The position numbers were made by a program, and so were the translations under genes. The notes under the pieces were generated by a model, which made no database searches, was not told where the DNA came from, and saw only the letters and a list, made by a program, of their open reading frames with translations. A DNA stretch of 64,000 bases from a virus, in the IMG/VR virus record IMGVR_UViG_3300046652_000008, positions 30,920 to 94,919 of that record. One strand, given 5' to 3'. This document shows, in pieces, positions 17,663-26,757 of the stretch. The first letter of the stretch is position 1, and each line of letters starts with the position of its first letter.

Positions 17663-17809
17663 AAATGTATTTTCTTGAGCCGATTTGTATGTTGCCGATC
17701 CGACAGCAGGGTATAAGTCCGAGCGCAGCCCCGGTACGGCAAAGTAGCTTCTAAACTACGGAGATAGACGTATCTCCTGCGTATAAAGTCGGCTCACGAA
17801 AATACATTT
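17663..17809 (+). ncRNA. Putative structured RNA: ~29-bp closing stem around three hairpins
   Basis: Arms 17663-17691 and 17780-17809; inner stems TTGCCG/CGGCAA, GTAG/CTAC, GGAGATA/TATCTCC. Confidence 0.6.
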
Positions 17810-17823
17810 TAGGAGGATGCGAA

Positions 17824-18069
17824 ATGAACGCTTTTGAGAGATTCGCGGCGTTTTGCGAGACGCGCAGCGCGGATTGCCCACCGACCCTAACTATATTCCC
17901 GAAGTACCATAGCGATGGACAGTTTACGGTAGTGATTAACGCTGATAACCAGCCAGGAGTAGCAGGAACCTTTCCCGATACGGCAGGATTTGACGCGAAG
18001 GTAAAACAGATTTGCGATAGGTTAGACGCAGACAAAGCATGGCGAGGAGGCGTTAAGCCGGAAGTTTAG
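17824..18069 (+). CDS. hypothetical protein
   Basis: AGGAGG RBS at 17811. Confidence 0.7.
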   Translation: MNAFERFAAFCETRSADCPPTLTIFPKYHSDGQFTVVINADNQPGVAGTFPDTAGFDAKVKQICDRLDADKAWRGGVKPEV

Positions 18070-18235
18070 CTTGTCTAACTTCTAGACGCATGGCCCGGTC
18101 TATTTGTTTGACAACCGATTCTAACACGGTGATTCTTGCCTCTGCTTTCGATAGCCTAGTACGAACGTCAACTACTTGTCTTTTCTTTACTTTGTCTTGC
18201 GTGTCTGTATTCATGTCTAACACTTTGATGTCCAT
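18053..18235 (-). CDS. small coiled-coil protein on the opposite strand
   Basis: GGAG RBS and TGCTAATAT extended -10 upstream. Confidence 0.55.
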   Translation of the reverse strand: MDIKVLDMNTDTQDKVKKRQVVDVRTRLSKAEARITVLESVVKQIDRAMRLEVRQAKLPA

Positions 18236-18429
18236 AACTCCATATTAGCACGAAAACACTAGCCGCGCAAGATACGAAACAAAGGAGAATATATGCAACA
18301 CTATTGCGCTTTAATGAAGCTCACAATTGAAGCCCTTTTCCTCACCGCAATTGGCGTCTTTTTGGTTGGCGCGATATGTGGTATGATCTACGCCATCCAC
18401 CGGATGATTGTCAATGGGGAATGGGCGCG

Positions 18430-18993
18430 ATGACACAGACTCCCGACACTATCCGCGTGCTGGTAGACTGGAAGTGTAACTTGAAGTGTAGCTACTGCTG
18501 CAACGAGCAAGACCGATTCCGCTCCCAGTTTACCCACATCCAGCTATCCGCCATTGACTTTTCCAGGTACGAGACGACATGCATATCTGGAGGAGAGCCG
18601 CTAATGTTCATGAATCGTGTGGTTGCTGTATCAGAACGCGCTAGGCTAGCCAAGTCTTTCGTCGTCCTGTACACTAATGGGATTCTGCTAACTCCAGCCA
18701 TCGCAGACATGCTGATGATGTGCGGCATCCAGGCTGTAAACGTAGGGTTGCATTACGCCGCTATGTTCCCCGTCCTGATACCGAGGATCACCGAGGCGCT
18801 AGTCGATACGGGCATCAGCCTAAGATTCCACGCAAACGAGGAGTACTCAGCCATCCAGCAAGCCCACCCCGATAACGCATTTAGACTCTGGAAAATGGAT
18901 GATTGCGACCGGGAGAACGAAGAACGGGTTATACTGGACTGGAAGGAAAACCAGCAACAGTCGAGCAAGAGCCGATGGAAATCAGACATATAG
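18430..18993 (+). CDS. radical SAM protein
   Basis: CNLKCSYC, ISGGEP, LYTNG. Confidence 0.85.
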   Translation: MTQTPDTIRVLVDWKCNLKCSYCCNEQDRFRSQFTHIQLSAIDFSRYETTCISGGEPLMFMNRVVAVSERARLAKSFVVLYTNGILLTPAIADMLMMCGIQAVNVGLHYAAMFPVLIPRITEALVDTGISLRFHANEEYSAIQQAHPDNAFRLWKMDDCDRENEERVILDWKENQQQSSKSRWKSDI

Positions 18994-19001
18994 GGGGCTT
19001 T

Positions 19002-19433
19002 ATGAATCTTAAACAAGTGAAAGGTCTGATGCAACTGGAGATTGAAAACTCTAGGAAGATGCAGTACGGGTTTGACGATAGAAGCGCAGGATATGCCGAT
19101 GGGCTTGAGGCGACACTTGAGCACGTATTGGAGTTGCTCAATACCATTGACGAATGCGTTATCATCACCAAGAAGGAAGCCAAGCTCATTGCCGCTCTGC
19201 TGGAAATGGCTCACGACCAATTTGCGAACCACGGTTGCAACGACACGCCCCAAGAGGTTTTGGATGCTCCAGGTTTTACCGACGAAGAGAAGTGTACCTT
19301 CCACAACGAGTACGAGATATACAACTCAGGCGACTCCGAGGAGATACCGCACACCGTAGAAGAATATAACCGCTTGCCGGATTACGCCCTCATGGGATAT
19401 TTCGCAGCCAAACTGGAGGGAGAGAGCCGATGA
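19002..19433 (+). CDS. hypothetical protein
   Basis: Acidic ORF coupled to the kinase gene; start uncertain. Confidence 0.65.
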   Translation: MNLKQVKGLMQLEIENSRKMQYGFDDRSAGYADGLEATLEHVLELLNTIDECVIITKKEAKLIAALLEMAHDQFANHGCNDTPQEVLDAPGFTDEEKCTFHNEYEIYNSGDSEEIPHTVEEYNRLPDYALMGYFAAKLEGESR

Positions 19434-19885
19434 GAACTTTAATCATTATGAGAGGCATCCCCGGAAGCGGAAAGACCACCCACGCGCGCAGTCTGCAAAA
19501 ATGGCAGTGGAGCGAGGGGAAGAGTTGCACCCTTTCTAGCGCAGATTTCTTTTTTGAAGCTTACGGCGATCACGTCTACAGATTTGACGCTTCGAAGCTG
19601 AAGTATGCCCATGCGGAGTGCATTAACGACTTCGCCGGGCTCGTGCTTGACCCAAGCGTAGATACAATTATCGTGGACAATACGAATACCCAGCTCTGGG
19701 AGTTTGTCAAATACTTGGACTACGCCCATAAGCATGGCAAGTTTCACGTTGACGTGTTTCGCATGGAGGCTCCACTTGACGTATGCCAGAAGCGATGTGT
19801 CCACGGAGTACCGCCCGACAAGATTCAGCAGATGCGGGACCGCTTTGAAGACTTTCCCGGAGAAGAAATAATAAATAATATGTGA
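19430..19885 (+). CDS. P-loop polynucleotide-kinase-like protein (AAA_33/N4BP2-like)
   Basis: LIIMRGIPGSGKTT, SAD, IIVDNTN, RCVHGVP. Confidence 0.85.
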   Translation: MRTLIIMRGIPGSGKTTHARSLQKWQWSEGKSCTLSSADFFFEAYGDHVYRFDASKLKYAHAECINDFAGLVLDPSVDTIIVDNTNTQLWEFVKYLDYAHKHGKFHVDVFRMEAPLDVCQKRCVHGVPPDKIQQMRDRFEDFPGEEIINNM

Positions 19886-20145
19886 AGGAGAAAAACATGG
19901 TGACTTTCAGCGTTACGGTAAGAGATCCAAATTCGTGGAACGCCCGAACCGGGATTCACGAGGAACGTAACAGTTGTGGGCATAGGCACAAAACCAGCGA
20001 AGCTGCCAATAAGTGCTGTGCCAAGCTAACCGAGTGGCGTTGCCTTTGCGGTCGCACGGCCAAGGGCTATTGTGGAAGCTGCCACACGCCCAACAACAGC
20101 ACTAGCGCGGCATGGTGGGGCGCGGAAGTTGAAGAGAATATTTAA
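19882..20145 (+). CDS. hypothetical Cys/His-rich protein
   Basis: CGHRHKT motif; start may be ATG at 19897 after AAGGAG. Confidence 0.6.
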   Translation: MKEKNMVTFSVTVRDPNSWNARTGIHEERNSCGHRHKTSEAANKCCAKLTEWRCLCGRTAKGYCGSCHTPNNSTSAAWWGAEVEENI

Positions 20146-20156
20146 TCATTATTCTC

Positions 20157-20185
20157 TTGCTTTCGTGAGAGAATGCGAGTAACCT
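20157..20185 (+). promoter_or_regulatory. sigma70-type promoter of the ParB-like gene
   Basis: TTGCTT-N17-TAACCT, overlapped by inverted repeat ATTCTCT/AGAGAAT. Confidence 0.5.
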
Positions 20186-20234
20186 ATTAACAGATCGAGA
20201 CGAGAAGAACGAACGCAACGAAGGAGTGTGAGAA

Positions 20235-21299
20235 ATGGCATCAACATTCGATATGGAAACGAAGCCCGTTAAGCGAGACCTTTGGCTCTTTGACGTTAAC
20301 GAAAACGATGTGATCGTGGATCACTCATTTAACGGACGTTTTCAACAGCGCGACGTGACCGCCCTTGTGGATTCGATTCGCACAGAAGGCCAGAAGGTTC
20401 CCGGCTTAGTGCGCCGCGCCCCAGGGGGCAAGGTGTTTTTGGTGGCTGGTTTTGGACGGTGGGACGCGATCAAGAAGCTGAACGCAGAGAACCCCAAGAA
20501 CCCCATCAAGTTCAAGGCCACCATTGTCGAAGGCAACGACACGGACGCATTTCTCTCAAACGTCACAGAAAACTTCGTGCGGGATAACCCGACCTACATG
20601 GACAAGGCTTTTGTGGTATCTCGCCTGACGGACCAATACGGAAAGGGCGATGCCGAGATTGCCAAGATCCTTAACTTCAAGTCGGTGTCTAGCGTCAGCC
20701 AATATCGCGCCCTGATGCGCCTGTCGGATGAGAACCGCCTAAAGCTCCACAGCGGAGAACTCCAGCTTTCCAATGCGCTTTTGCTGGTCGGGCAGACCGA
20801 AGAGGAGCAGAAGGAAGCCGTACAAGCCGCCACAACACCAGAAGGTAAGGTCGATTCTGCCAAAGTGCGCGAGAAGGTGCGGGAAATCCGAGAGCGCAAG
20901 GCCACGCCCAAGGTGGAAGCGCCCAAGACCGACGATGAGCGAGTTGACGAAGCTATTGCCAAGGGAGAAGTACCGCCCAAGGGCACAGGCCAGAGTGAGC
21001 CGAGCTATCGCCGGGAAGTCCTCAACATGCTCAACGACGGGGAAGAAGAGGCCGCTATTGCCAAAGCAATCAAGGCCGAGCCGACCAAGAAGACTAAGGG
21101 AGAGAAGGCGCTTGAGCGGACGATGCGCGACGTGAAGCGCTTCCATGAGAATCTGTCAAATACTAACCGTGGTGTATTTTTGTTCGCCTCCGCGCTTACT
21201 CGCTACATTTCAGGCGAGTTGTCGGACGAACAGTATTACTCGGCGCTGGAGTTGGCCGCGAACGCGAATGCAACCAAGGCGAAGAAGGTTGGCGTATAA
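20235..21299 (+). CDS. ParB/Srx-like N-terminal domain plus HTH protein
   Basis: LVDSIRTEGQKVP, LVAGFGRWDA, ENFVRDN, HTH EIAKILN..SSVSQY. Confidence 0.8.
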   Translation: MASTFDMETKPVKRDLWLFDVNENDVIVDHSFNGRFQQRDVTALVDSIRTEGQKVPGLVRRAPGGKVFLVAGFGRWDAIKKLNAENPKNPIKFKATIVEGNDTDAFLSNVTENFVRDNPTYMDKAFVVSRLTDQYGKGDAEIAKILNFKSVSSVSQYRALMRLSDENRLKLHSGELQLSNALLLVGQTEEEQKEAVQAATTPEGKVDSAKVREKVREIRERKATPKVEAPKTDDERVDEAIAKGEVPPKGTGQSEPSYRREVLNMLNDGEEEAAIAKAIKAEPTKKTKGEKALERTMRDVKRFHENLSNTNRGVFLFASALTRYISGELSDEQYYSALELAANANATKAKKVGV

Positions 21300-21401
21300 T
21301 CATTCATGAGCTTTCGTAGAGGAGAAGCCCCAATACGCGTATCAATTTTGGGGATATCTGACTACGGCGGCACCGCTACTGACTGACGGCGCTACTGGCA
21401 A

Positions 21402-21638
21402 GTGAGCGAGATCGCCTGCCTTCATCTCCAAGGAGGCCCCGTGCGAGACAGGAAGAAATTCTACATTTACAAGTCCTACCTGGGCCAATGGTACGGTGGA
21501 TGGTGTGTCATACTCCCCGATTCCCTTTGGGGGGAAATCGGGAATACCCATTGGTGCGCCACTTGGCGCGAGGCTATCCGGTTTGTAGATGACCTCATTA
21601 GGAGACGAAAGAACCAGCTTAGGGGAGAAACAATATGA
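21402..21638 (+). CDS. hypothetical protein
   Basis: Co-oriented ORF. Confidence 0.45.
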   Translation: MSEIACLHLQGGPVRDRKKFYIYKSYLGQWYGGWCVILPDSLWGEIGNTHWCATWREAIRFVDDLIRRRKNQLRGETI

Positions 21639-21807
21639 TTATTTTTCAATGGTATTTTTTGGTTACGGAACTGATTACGATATTGATTTACGTAGCCAAC
21701 CTATTAACCGCTGAGAAGCCCAGCGATGTTGGGAGTAACCTTGTTTACCTGCTGTTAGCTGGCGCGCAACTTGGATTTTTCTGTTATCTTTACTGGAGGT
21801 AGACCGC

Positions 21808-22137
21808 ATGAAACATCGCGTAATATACACATTTACGGTAGTAGGTGGAGATCCTAGAAAAGATCGGATGCGCTCTCGCGTATGGGGCTACACGTTCGAT
21901 AGGGGCCAAGCCGAGCACATCATCGAGACAAATAGTACAGACCTAGCCGAAAATGGGTATTACGGCTATGCTGTTCTTGGTGAAGTTGGAGAAGGACCGG
22001 GTGCAATCCCAACCGAACTACAATGGTATAGGATGAGCTTTTGGGAGAGAACGAGCGGGACATTCCGCACTTTCCTTGGCGCTGAAAAAATCAGCAAGCC
22101 AGACATTTACAAAAAAGTCTTTTTTGGAGGTATCTAG
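21808..22137 (+). CDS. hypothetical protein
   Basis: GGAGG RBS. Confidence 0.7.
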   Translation: MKHRVIYTFTVVGGDPRKDRMRSRVWGYTFDRGQAEHIIETNSTDLAENGYYGYAVLGEVGEGPGAIPTELQWYRMSFWERTSGTFRTFLGAEKISKPDIYKKVFFGGI

Positions 22138-22138
22138 T

Positions 22139-22357
22139 ATGGCATGTAAGATTCACGGTTGCAGCGAGACGAACATGAGGCGGCGCGAAGTGGTGTGTTT
22201 TAAGCACTGGGCCAAACTGCCCAAGGAGCTTAGGTCTATCATCCGCGAAGGCGCAGGGCATGACCAGACGCTCCGCGCCAAGCCTAGCGATGAATGGCTT
22301 CGCAAGGCCAATGAAGCGGTAAGGCCGAGAACGCAGGTTCAGGTTAATCCCGAGTAG
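22139..22357 (+). CDS. hypothetical Zn-finger protein
   Basis: CKIHGC...CFKHW; GGAGG RBS. Confidence 0.65.
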   Translation: MACKIHGCSETNMRRREVVCFKHWAKLPKELRSIIREGAGHDQTLRAKPSDEWLRKANEAVRPRTQVQVNPE

Positions 22358-22393
22358 GAGAGCGTTGCCGAGAAACATAGGACGTGGTGATAT

Positions 22394-22846
22394 ATGACGC
22401 ATGAAGAAGTTGTAAGACTAGCAGCACAGGCACGAGAGTTATCCCAGAACATCCAGGCGGTAGCCGACTCGCACGCTATTGAACTCAAGAAGGCGCAAGC
22501 CGCCCACAAGAAGATCACAGCAGAGATCACAGAAGAAACGGCTTTTGACGCAGCCGAACTAACGATGGCAAAGGCAGAGATCCTCAGCTATCACTTATCA
22601 GTTAGCGGAGCACATGAGCCAATCCCATACGTCTCTTTTCGAGGGGCCGGGAAGCTGGCTTGTATTGGTGTAGACATGGACGCACTACTGGAAGACTGTC
22701 GTAAAAATCCAGAACTCACACGATTCATAACGCTTGACGAGACCATAGTTAACTCTAGACTGGAATCAATGGGGATGGCTCATGGCCTACCTGAATCTAT
22801 AATCATCGACAAAGCGCCCGAGACGGTAGTTATAGCCAAGAAATGA
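22394..22846 (+). CDS. hypothetical protein, possibly Gam/Gp157-like
   Basis: Helical N-terminus then VSFR...VDMDALL...LDET; family assignment weak. Confidence 0.5.
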   Translation: MTHEEVVRLAAQARELSQNIQAVADSHAIELKKAQAAHKKITAEITEETAFDAAELTMAKAEILSYHLSVSGAHEPIPYVSFRGAGKLACIGVDMDALLEDCRKNPELTRFITLDETIVNSRLESMGMAHGLPESIIIDKAPETVVIAKK

Positions 22847-22852
22847 GATATT

Positions 22853-23047
22853 ATGGACAACGAGAAAACACCCGTATGTTGGCCAACCGACAGATGTGAG
22901 GAGTGGGGGCCGGATTGGACGTGCTGGAATTGCAAGACCGTCAATTACGGAATCCGCGAGAAGTGTAGATCATGTGGGTACGATTCCAATACCGGAGAGT
23001 TCCCTTGGTATAACCCGCTGCCGCCATATGAAGGGCTAGGGGAATGA
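22853..23047 (+). CDS. RanBP2-type zinc finger protein
   Basis: WTCWNCKTVNYGIREKCRSC matches W-x-C-x2-C-x3-N-x6-C-x2-C. Confidence 0.7.
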   Translation: MDNEKTPVCWPTDRCEEWGPDWTCWNCKTVNYGIREKCRSCGYDSNTGEFPWYNPLPPYEGLGE

Positions 23048-23337
23048 CGCAAGATGAGTGTGATTCCATTAACGCTTTCCAGAATTGCGGAGTAGTCCAC
23101 CCGTTAACCTGCGTAACCCACTCGCAGCTAGAGCCGCTGGAGGCCCGTCAAGACGGGTTTCTGCATTGCCTGCATTGTGATTATCGTCAATTCACGCCGG
23201 GAGGATATTTAGCTGACTGGCATTGGAAGAAGGTCTTTGGGGCAGGGACGATGGCGAAGATAATGGAGCATAACCTTAACGATTATCACGAACGAACAGG
23301 AAGGCCGATAGGCCCAAAGGAGAACGAGCATGTTTAG
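23044..23337 (+). CDS. hypothetical protein
   Basis: FQNCGVVHPLTC...CLHCDYRQ. Confidence 0.65.
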   Translation: MTQDECDSINAFQNCGVVHPLTCVTHSQLEPLEARQDGFLHCLHCDYRQFTPGGYLADWHWKKVFGAGTMAKIMEHNLNDYHERTGRPIGPKENEHV

Positions 23338-23545
23338 TTGCCAACAGAAACGAGACATTGCAGACGCAGTGCAGAAGGTGTTACGCGCAACGAACCATCC
23401 AGAACTGCCAGAAACGGAAATCCAATTCACGCTTTGCGTAGATGGTGCAGCGCCTTGGAGCTACGCCAGAATCCTTAACAATGGCGCGGCACAAACCCCA
23501 GGAATCAATCCGTGGAACGAACGACAGGACAACCATGAAACTTGA
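23330..23545 (+). CDS. hypothetical protein
   Basis: AAGGAG RBS. Confidence 0.65.
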   Translation: MFSCQQKRDIADAVQKVLRATNHPELPETEIQFTLCVDGAAPWSYARILNNGAAQTPGINPWNERQDNHET

Positions 23546-23711
23546 ATTTGTGCGAAAATACCCAGGGTTCAAGCTAGCCCTATGGTTTGGGAAATACTAT
23601 CGCCATTGCGCTGGCTTCGATGGGTACCTATATCGCGGAGAATGGTGCGTTTACGCTGGGACCCACTCTCATCCTTGGCATAGGCCAAAGTTCTATTTTT
23701 TCTTGAACTAA
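23535..23711 (+). CDS. hypothetical protein
   Basis: AGGA RBS, packed. Confidence 0.5.
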   Translation: MKLEFVRKYPGFKLALWFGKYYRHCAGFDGYLYRGEWCVYAGTHSHPWHRPKFYFFLN

Positions 23712-23715
23712 CCCA

Positions 23716-24117
23716 ATGCGGCCTATAGACAAACTCTTGAAGTCTGCTGGCGACATCGTTCTGTCATCTCCGCAGATGCGCTATAACCACATAGCTTGGA
23801 TTATGCGCAAAGATCGAGTTGTATCTATCGGCGTTAATAGTTATCGAACGCATCCGATAGCGAAACGGCTCAAGATCAAAAAGCTAGCCGAGGGCCAGTG
23901 TGCCGAGCTAAACGCATGTCTAAAAGTTGGACTATCGCATCGTGATGGGCTACCTGACTTCTCCCGGCTGGATATGCTTGTAGTCAAGATTAACAAGGAT
24001 GGATCTTTTGGGAACTCGCTGCCTTGCGCTGGGTGCAGAGAGCTAATAAGGCAGTGCGGCTTCCGCAAGGTGTGGTACTCTAGCTCAGAAGGGGAAATTA
24101 CGCAGTATGAAATTTAA
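23716..24117 (+). CDS. cytidine/dCMP deaminase-fold protein
   Basis: VVSIGVN, CAE, PCAGC, VWYS. Confidence 0.8.
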   Translation: MRPIDKLLKSAGDIVLSSPQMRYNHIAWIMRKDRVVSIGVNSYRTHPIAKRLKIKKLAEGQCAELNACLKVGLSHRDGLPDFSRLDMLVVKINKDGSFGNSLPCAGCRELIRQCGFRKVWYSSSEGEITQYEI

Positions 24118-24424
24118 TATCGGCGGACGCGTTTACACCGTGAAGTTCGTCCACTCCACCTACGCTCCGAAAGTAGGAGAAGATCGGAAAGAAATCACCA
24201 CTTGCCAACTAAGGGAATACCGATATGGCGAATCACAGCCGCCAGACTTTGTGGATAACTTCGGCGCTGTTGGCCGTTTTTGGCTGGACATGCCCAGTGA
24301 AGTCACGGCGCACAAGAAATCCCTAGCGCGAGCCATGAAGAACGCCGGATACGGAAAAGAACTACGCGAAAAGCTGTGGACTGCGTATTTCAGTCGGCGC
24401 AAGCACAACAGCAGATACGAGTAG
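24107..24424 (+). CDS. hypothetical protein
   Basis: Packed ORF. Confidence 0.65.
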   Translation: MKFNIGGRVYTVKFVHSTYAPKVGEDRKEITTCQLREYRYGESQPPDFVDNFGAVGRFWLDMPSEVTAHKKSLARAMKNAGYGKELREKLWTAYFSRRKHNSRYE

Positions 24425-24439
24425 AGGAGCGAGACAACT

Positions 24440-24814
24440 ATGATACGGAAAACAATGTGGATGGAAAATACTGGTTCATGGCTCTGGGAGGTTCCTTGTA
24501 CCTATACCAAAATGCGCCAGAATTACCCAGGAATCTGTAAGGCCAAGACAACTCGGCTCTTCGCCGTTCCATATAGCGCAAGTAGGGTCCGGCTCTTTGC
24601 TAGCGATGTGGCGGTAAGAGGGGCACTCCCCGTATGGCTTGATGCTGATGCCAGATTGATTAACAATACATGCGGCGTGTATCTTGGCAGGAAGGATGGT
24701 AAGCTCAAGGGGCACATTGAGATCCTGTATAGGCTTTGGGTGACTATTTTCAACAAGTTCGAGCTCCCCGGCAAGCATACAAAAGTCTGGGTTTGGCTGG
24801 AGTATTACGACTAG
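24440..24814 (+). CDS. hypothetical protein
   Basis: GAGGAG RBS. Confidence 0.6.
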   Translation: MIRKTMWMENTGSWLWEVPCTYTKMRQNYPGICKAKTTRLFAVPYSASRVRLFASDVAVRGALPVWLDADARLINNTCGVYLGRKDGKLKGHIEILYRLWVTIFNKFELPGKHTKVWVWLEYYD

Positions 24815-24863
24815 ACGGCCAAAAACGCTTGACTACCGTGTAAAATAACTAGAGAGGATCAAT

Positions 24864-25652
24864 ATGGACGACCAAACAGCACAAGATTACGGAATTCCGA
24901 CCGTCTCGGACTTTGAGACAAGCCCACAACTGAACGAGCTTTTCGCGGCACTTGCCAAGGCTCAAGGCGAGATGGACTCAGCCAAGAAGTCGAGCGATAA
25001 CCCATTTTTCAAAAGCAAGTACGCTGACCTAGCGGAGGTCTGGGAAGCTATTCGAGGGCCACTCTCCAAGAACGGGCTATGCCTTACGCAGTACCCGCTA
25101 GGGCCAGAAGGCGTAATTAGCATCTTGGGCCATTCATCGGGCCAATTCATCCGCAGCGTCATTCACTTGCCAGCCGACAAGAAAGGCCAGATGGACGCCC
25201 AAACTATCGGGTCTATGATTACCTATGCGCGCAGGTATAGTGCATCGGCCATCGCTGGAATCGCGCAGGACGACGACGATGGGAATGCTGCCAGCGGGAA
25301 GCCATCACCAGCCCGTCAGCTACCAGCGCCGCGAGTAGCTAACCCCGCCCCTGTGGCCGCAGTAGAGACCCCAGAGCCGCCAGAAGCGCCAGACACGCCA
25401 GATCAGGCGGAACGTAAGAGACTTCGCGCTATTGTAGTTAAGACCATCGGAAATACGAATCTGATGAAGTTCTGGCTTGGGTATTTCGGAAAGAACCAAC
25501 AATCAGAACTGCCAACAGACGTGGCCGTGTATCTTCCGGGGTATCGTTACCTAGTCGAACAGGCCGACCACGTTAAGAAGGAATTAGCTGAGAAGGTTCC
25601 GGCAGACAAACTAGGGGCCGAAGTCGCCAAGCTGCAAGAGGATTTGAAGTAA
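24864..25652 (+). CDS. erf: ERF-family ssDNA annealing protein
   Basis: ALAKAQ, NPFFKSKYADL, HSSGQ, GSMITYARRY, QDDDDGN. Confidence 0.92.
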   Translation: MDDQTAQDYGIPTVSDFETSPQLNELFAALAKAQGEMDSAKKSSDNPFFKSKYADLAEVWEAIRGPLSKNGLCLTQYPLGPEGVISILGHSSGQFIRSVIHLPADKKGQMDAQTIGSMITYARRYSASAIAGIAQDDDDGNAASGKPSPARQLPAPRVANPAPVAAVETPEPPEAPDTPDQAERKRLRAIVVKTIGNTNLMKFWLGYFGKNQQSELPTDVAVYLPGYRYLVEQADHVKKELAEKVPADKLGAEVAKLQEDLK

Positions 25653-25680
25653 GCGCACGAGCCTTTCGAGTAACGGCGCT

Positions 25681-25713
25681 TAGGGGATAGCAACGGCTGT
25701 CCCCTATTTTTTT
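25681..25713 (+). terminator. Rho-independent terminator
   Basis: TAGGGGATAGC-AACG-GCTGTCCCCTA hairpin followed by T7. Confidence 0.85.
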
Positions 25714-25722
25714 GATGCTATA

Positions 25723-26163
25723 ATGAATCACAAGGAGAAACAATATGACGATACATCTAGGGCTTCAAGATTTGGTTGTATTTTTGGTTGGTGGGCTCTT
25801 CGGCAGAATTGCTTCCGCCATGCTAGTGTACGGATGGGAATCATGGAAGTATGGCAAATGACACGCGAAGATAAACTACTTGTCCACTTGGAATTGGTTA
25901 TTTTTAGAGACCTGCCGGAAGGTACGTCCGTAACTGGTAAAGACATGGAATACCGGATAGAGAAAGCCACCCAGTTGCAAAAGATCAGGGCATATTATAG
26001 GTCAAGATATGCTATCCCGCTATTACTGCCAGATGAGCGGGAGCCCATACCTTCTACCACTGGCTTAGATATGAACAACGCAAATGTGTTCATATTGTCA
26101 GATAAGGTGGCGTGGCTTGAGCATAAGCTACGATTACTGGGAGATCGGGTAGAATCTTTATGA
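25723..26163 (+). CDS. hypothetical protein (start uncertain, possibly 25858)
   Basis: ATGA coupling to the exonuclease gene. Confidence 0.5.
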   Translation: MNHKEKQYDDTSRASRFGCIFGWWALRQNCFRHASVRMGIMEVWQMTREDKLLVHLELVIFRDLPEGTSVTGKDMEYRIEKATQLQKIRAYYRSRYAIPLLLPDEREPIPSTTGLDMNNANVFILSDKVAWLEHKLRLLGDRVESL

Positions 26164-26753
26164 TACACTTTGACGAAGACACGCACACATACACCAACGA
26201 CGATGGAGAAGTTATCTCATCAGTCACTCAGATTCTCCGTACTATGGGCTTTGGTGGATTCTACAAAGACACGGGAGCCAAAGAGCGCGGAACCGAGATC
26301 CACAACGCCATTGAGTTAGAGCTAAAAACCCCAGGTGGATATGAAGGCGACAACAAGTACATCCAATCCTGCATTAATCGGCTGATTGAGTTTCGGCTTG
26401 CTGGAAACCTCAAGGTCATTAAGTCAGAGGATCTGGTATACTCTGTTAGTTTTAGATATGCAGGGAGATATGACGTTCTATTTGAAGACAGAAATGAAGA
26501 CCGTTTCCTGTGCGACTTTAAGACAGGGACGAGCGTAGCGTCAGAGACTAAACTACAGCTTGCCGCCTACGACATAGCTTCTGGTGCTACTATATACCGT
26601 AAGCCCTATAAGCGCATGGCGCTCCACCTAACCGACAAGAGATGTAAGCCCGTAAACTATGACGTTATGGGTGACTACGATGTTTGGAAATCGCTTGTGA
26701 AGAAGTATCATGAGAATGTAAGTCAATATAGTTCCAGTTTGGAAAGGAATTGA
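26160..26753 (+). CDS. PD-(D/E)xK exonuclease
   Basis: FDEDTHTY, SVTQIL, RGTEIH, YAGRYD, DFKTG, QLAAY. Confidence 0.85.
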   Translation: MIHFDEDTHTYTNDDGEVISSVTQILRTMGFGGFYKDTGAKERGTEIHNAIELELKTPGGYEGDNKYIQSCINRLIEFRLAGNLKVIKSEDLVYSVSFRYAGRYDVLFEDRNEDRFLCDFKTGTSVASETKLQLAAYDIASGATIYRKPYKRMALHLTDKRCKPVNYDVMGDYDVWKSLVKKYHENVSQYSSSLERN

Positions 26754-26757
26754 CATC

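Noticed and set aside
17663-17809. Retron msr-msd, tRNA, SRP RNA or MITE
   Set aside because: No reverse transcriptase in the window, no T-loop or CCA, no SRP helix-8 consensus, no evident target-site duplication.
26160-26753. Cas4
   Set aside because: Lacks the four-Cys Fe-S motif; sits beside ERF as a recombination exonuclease.
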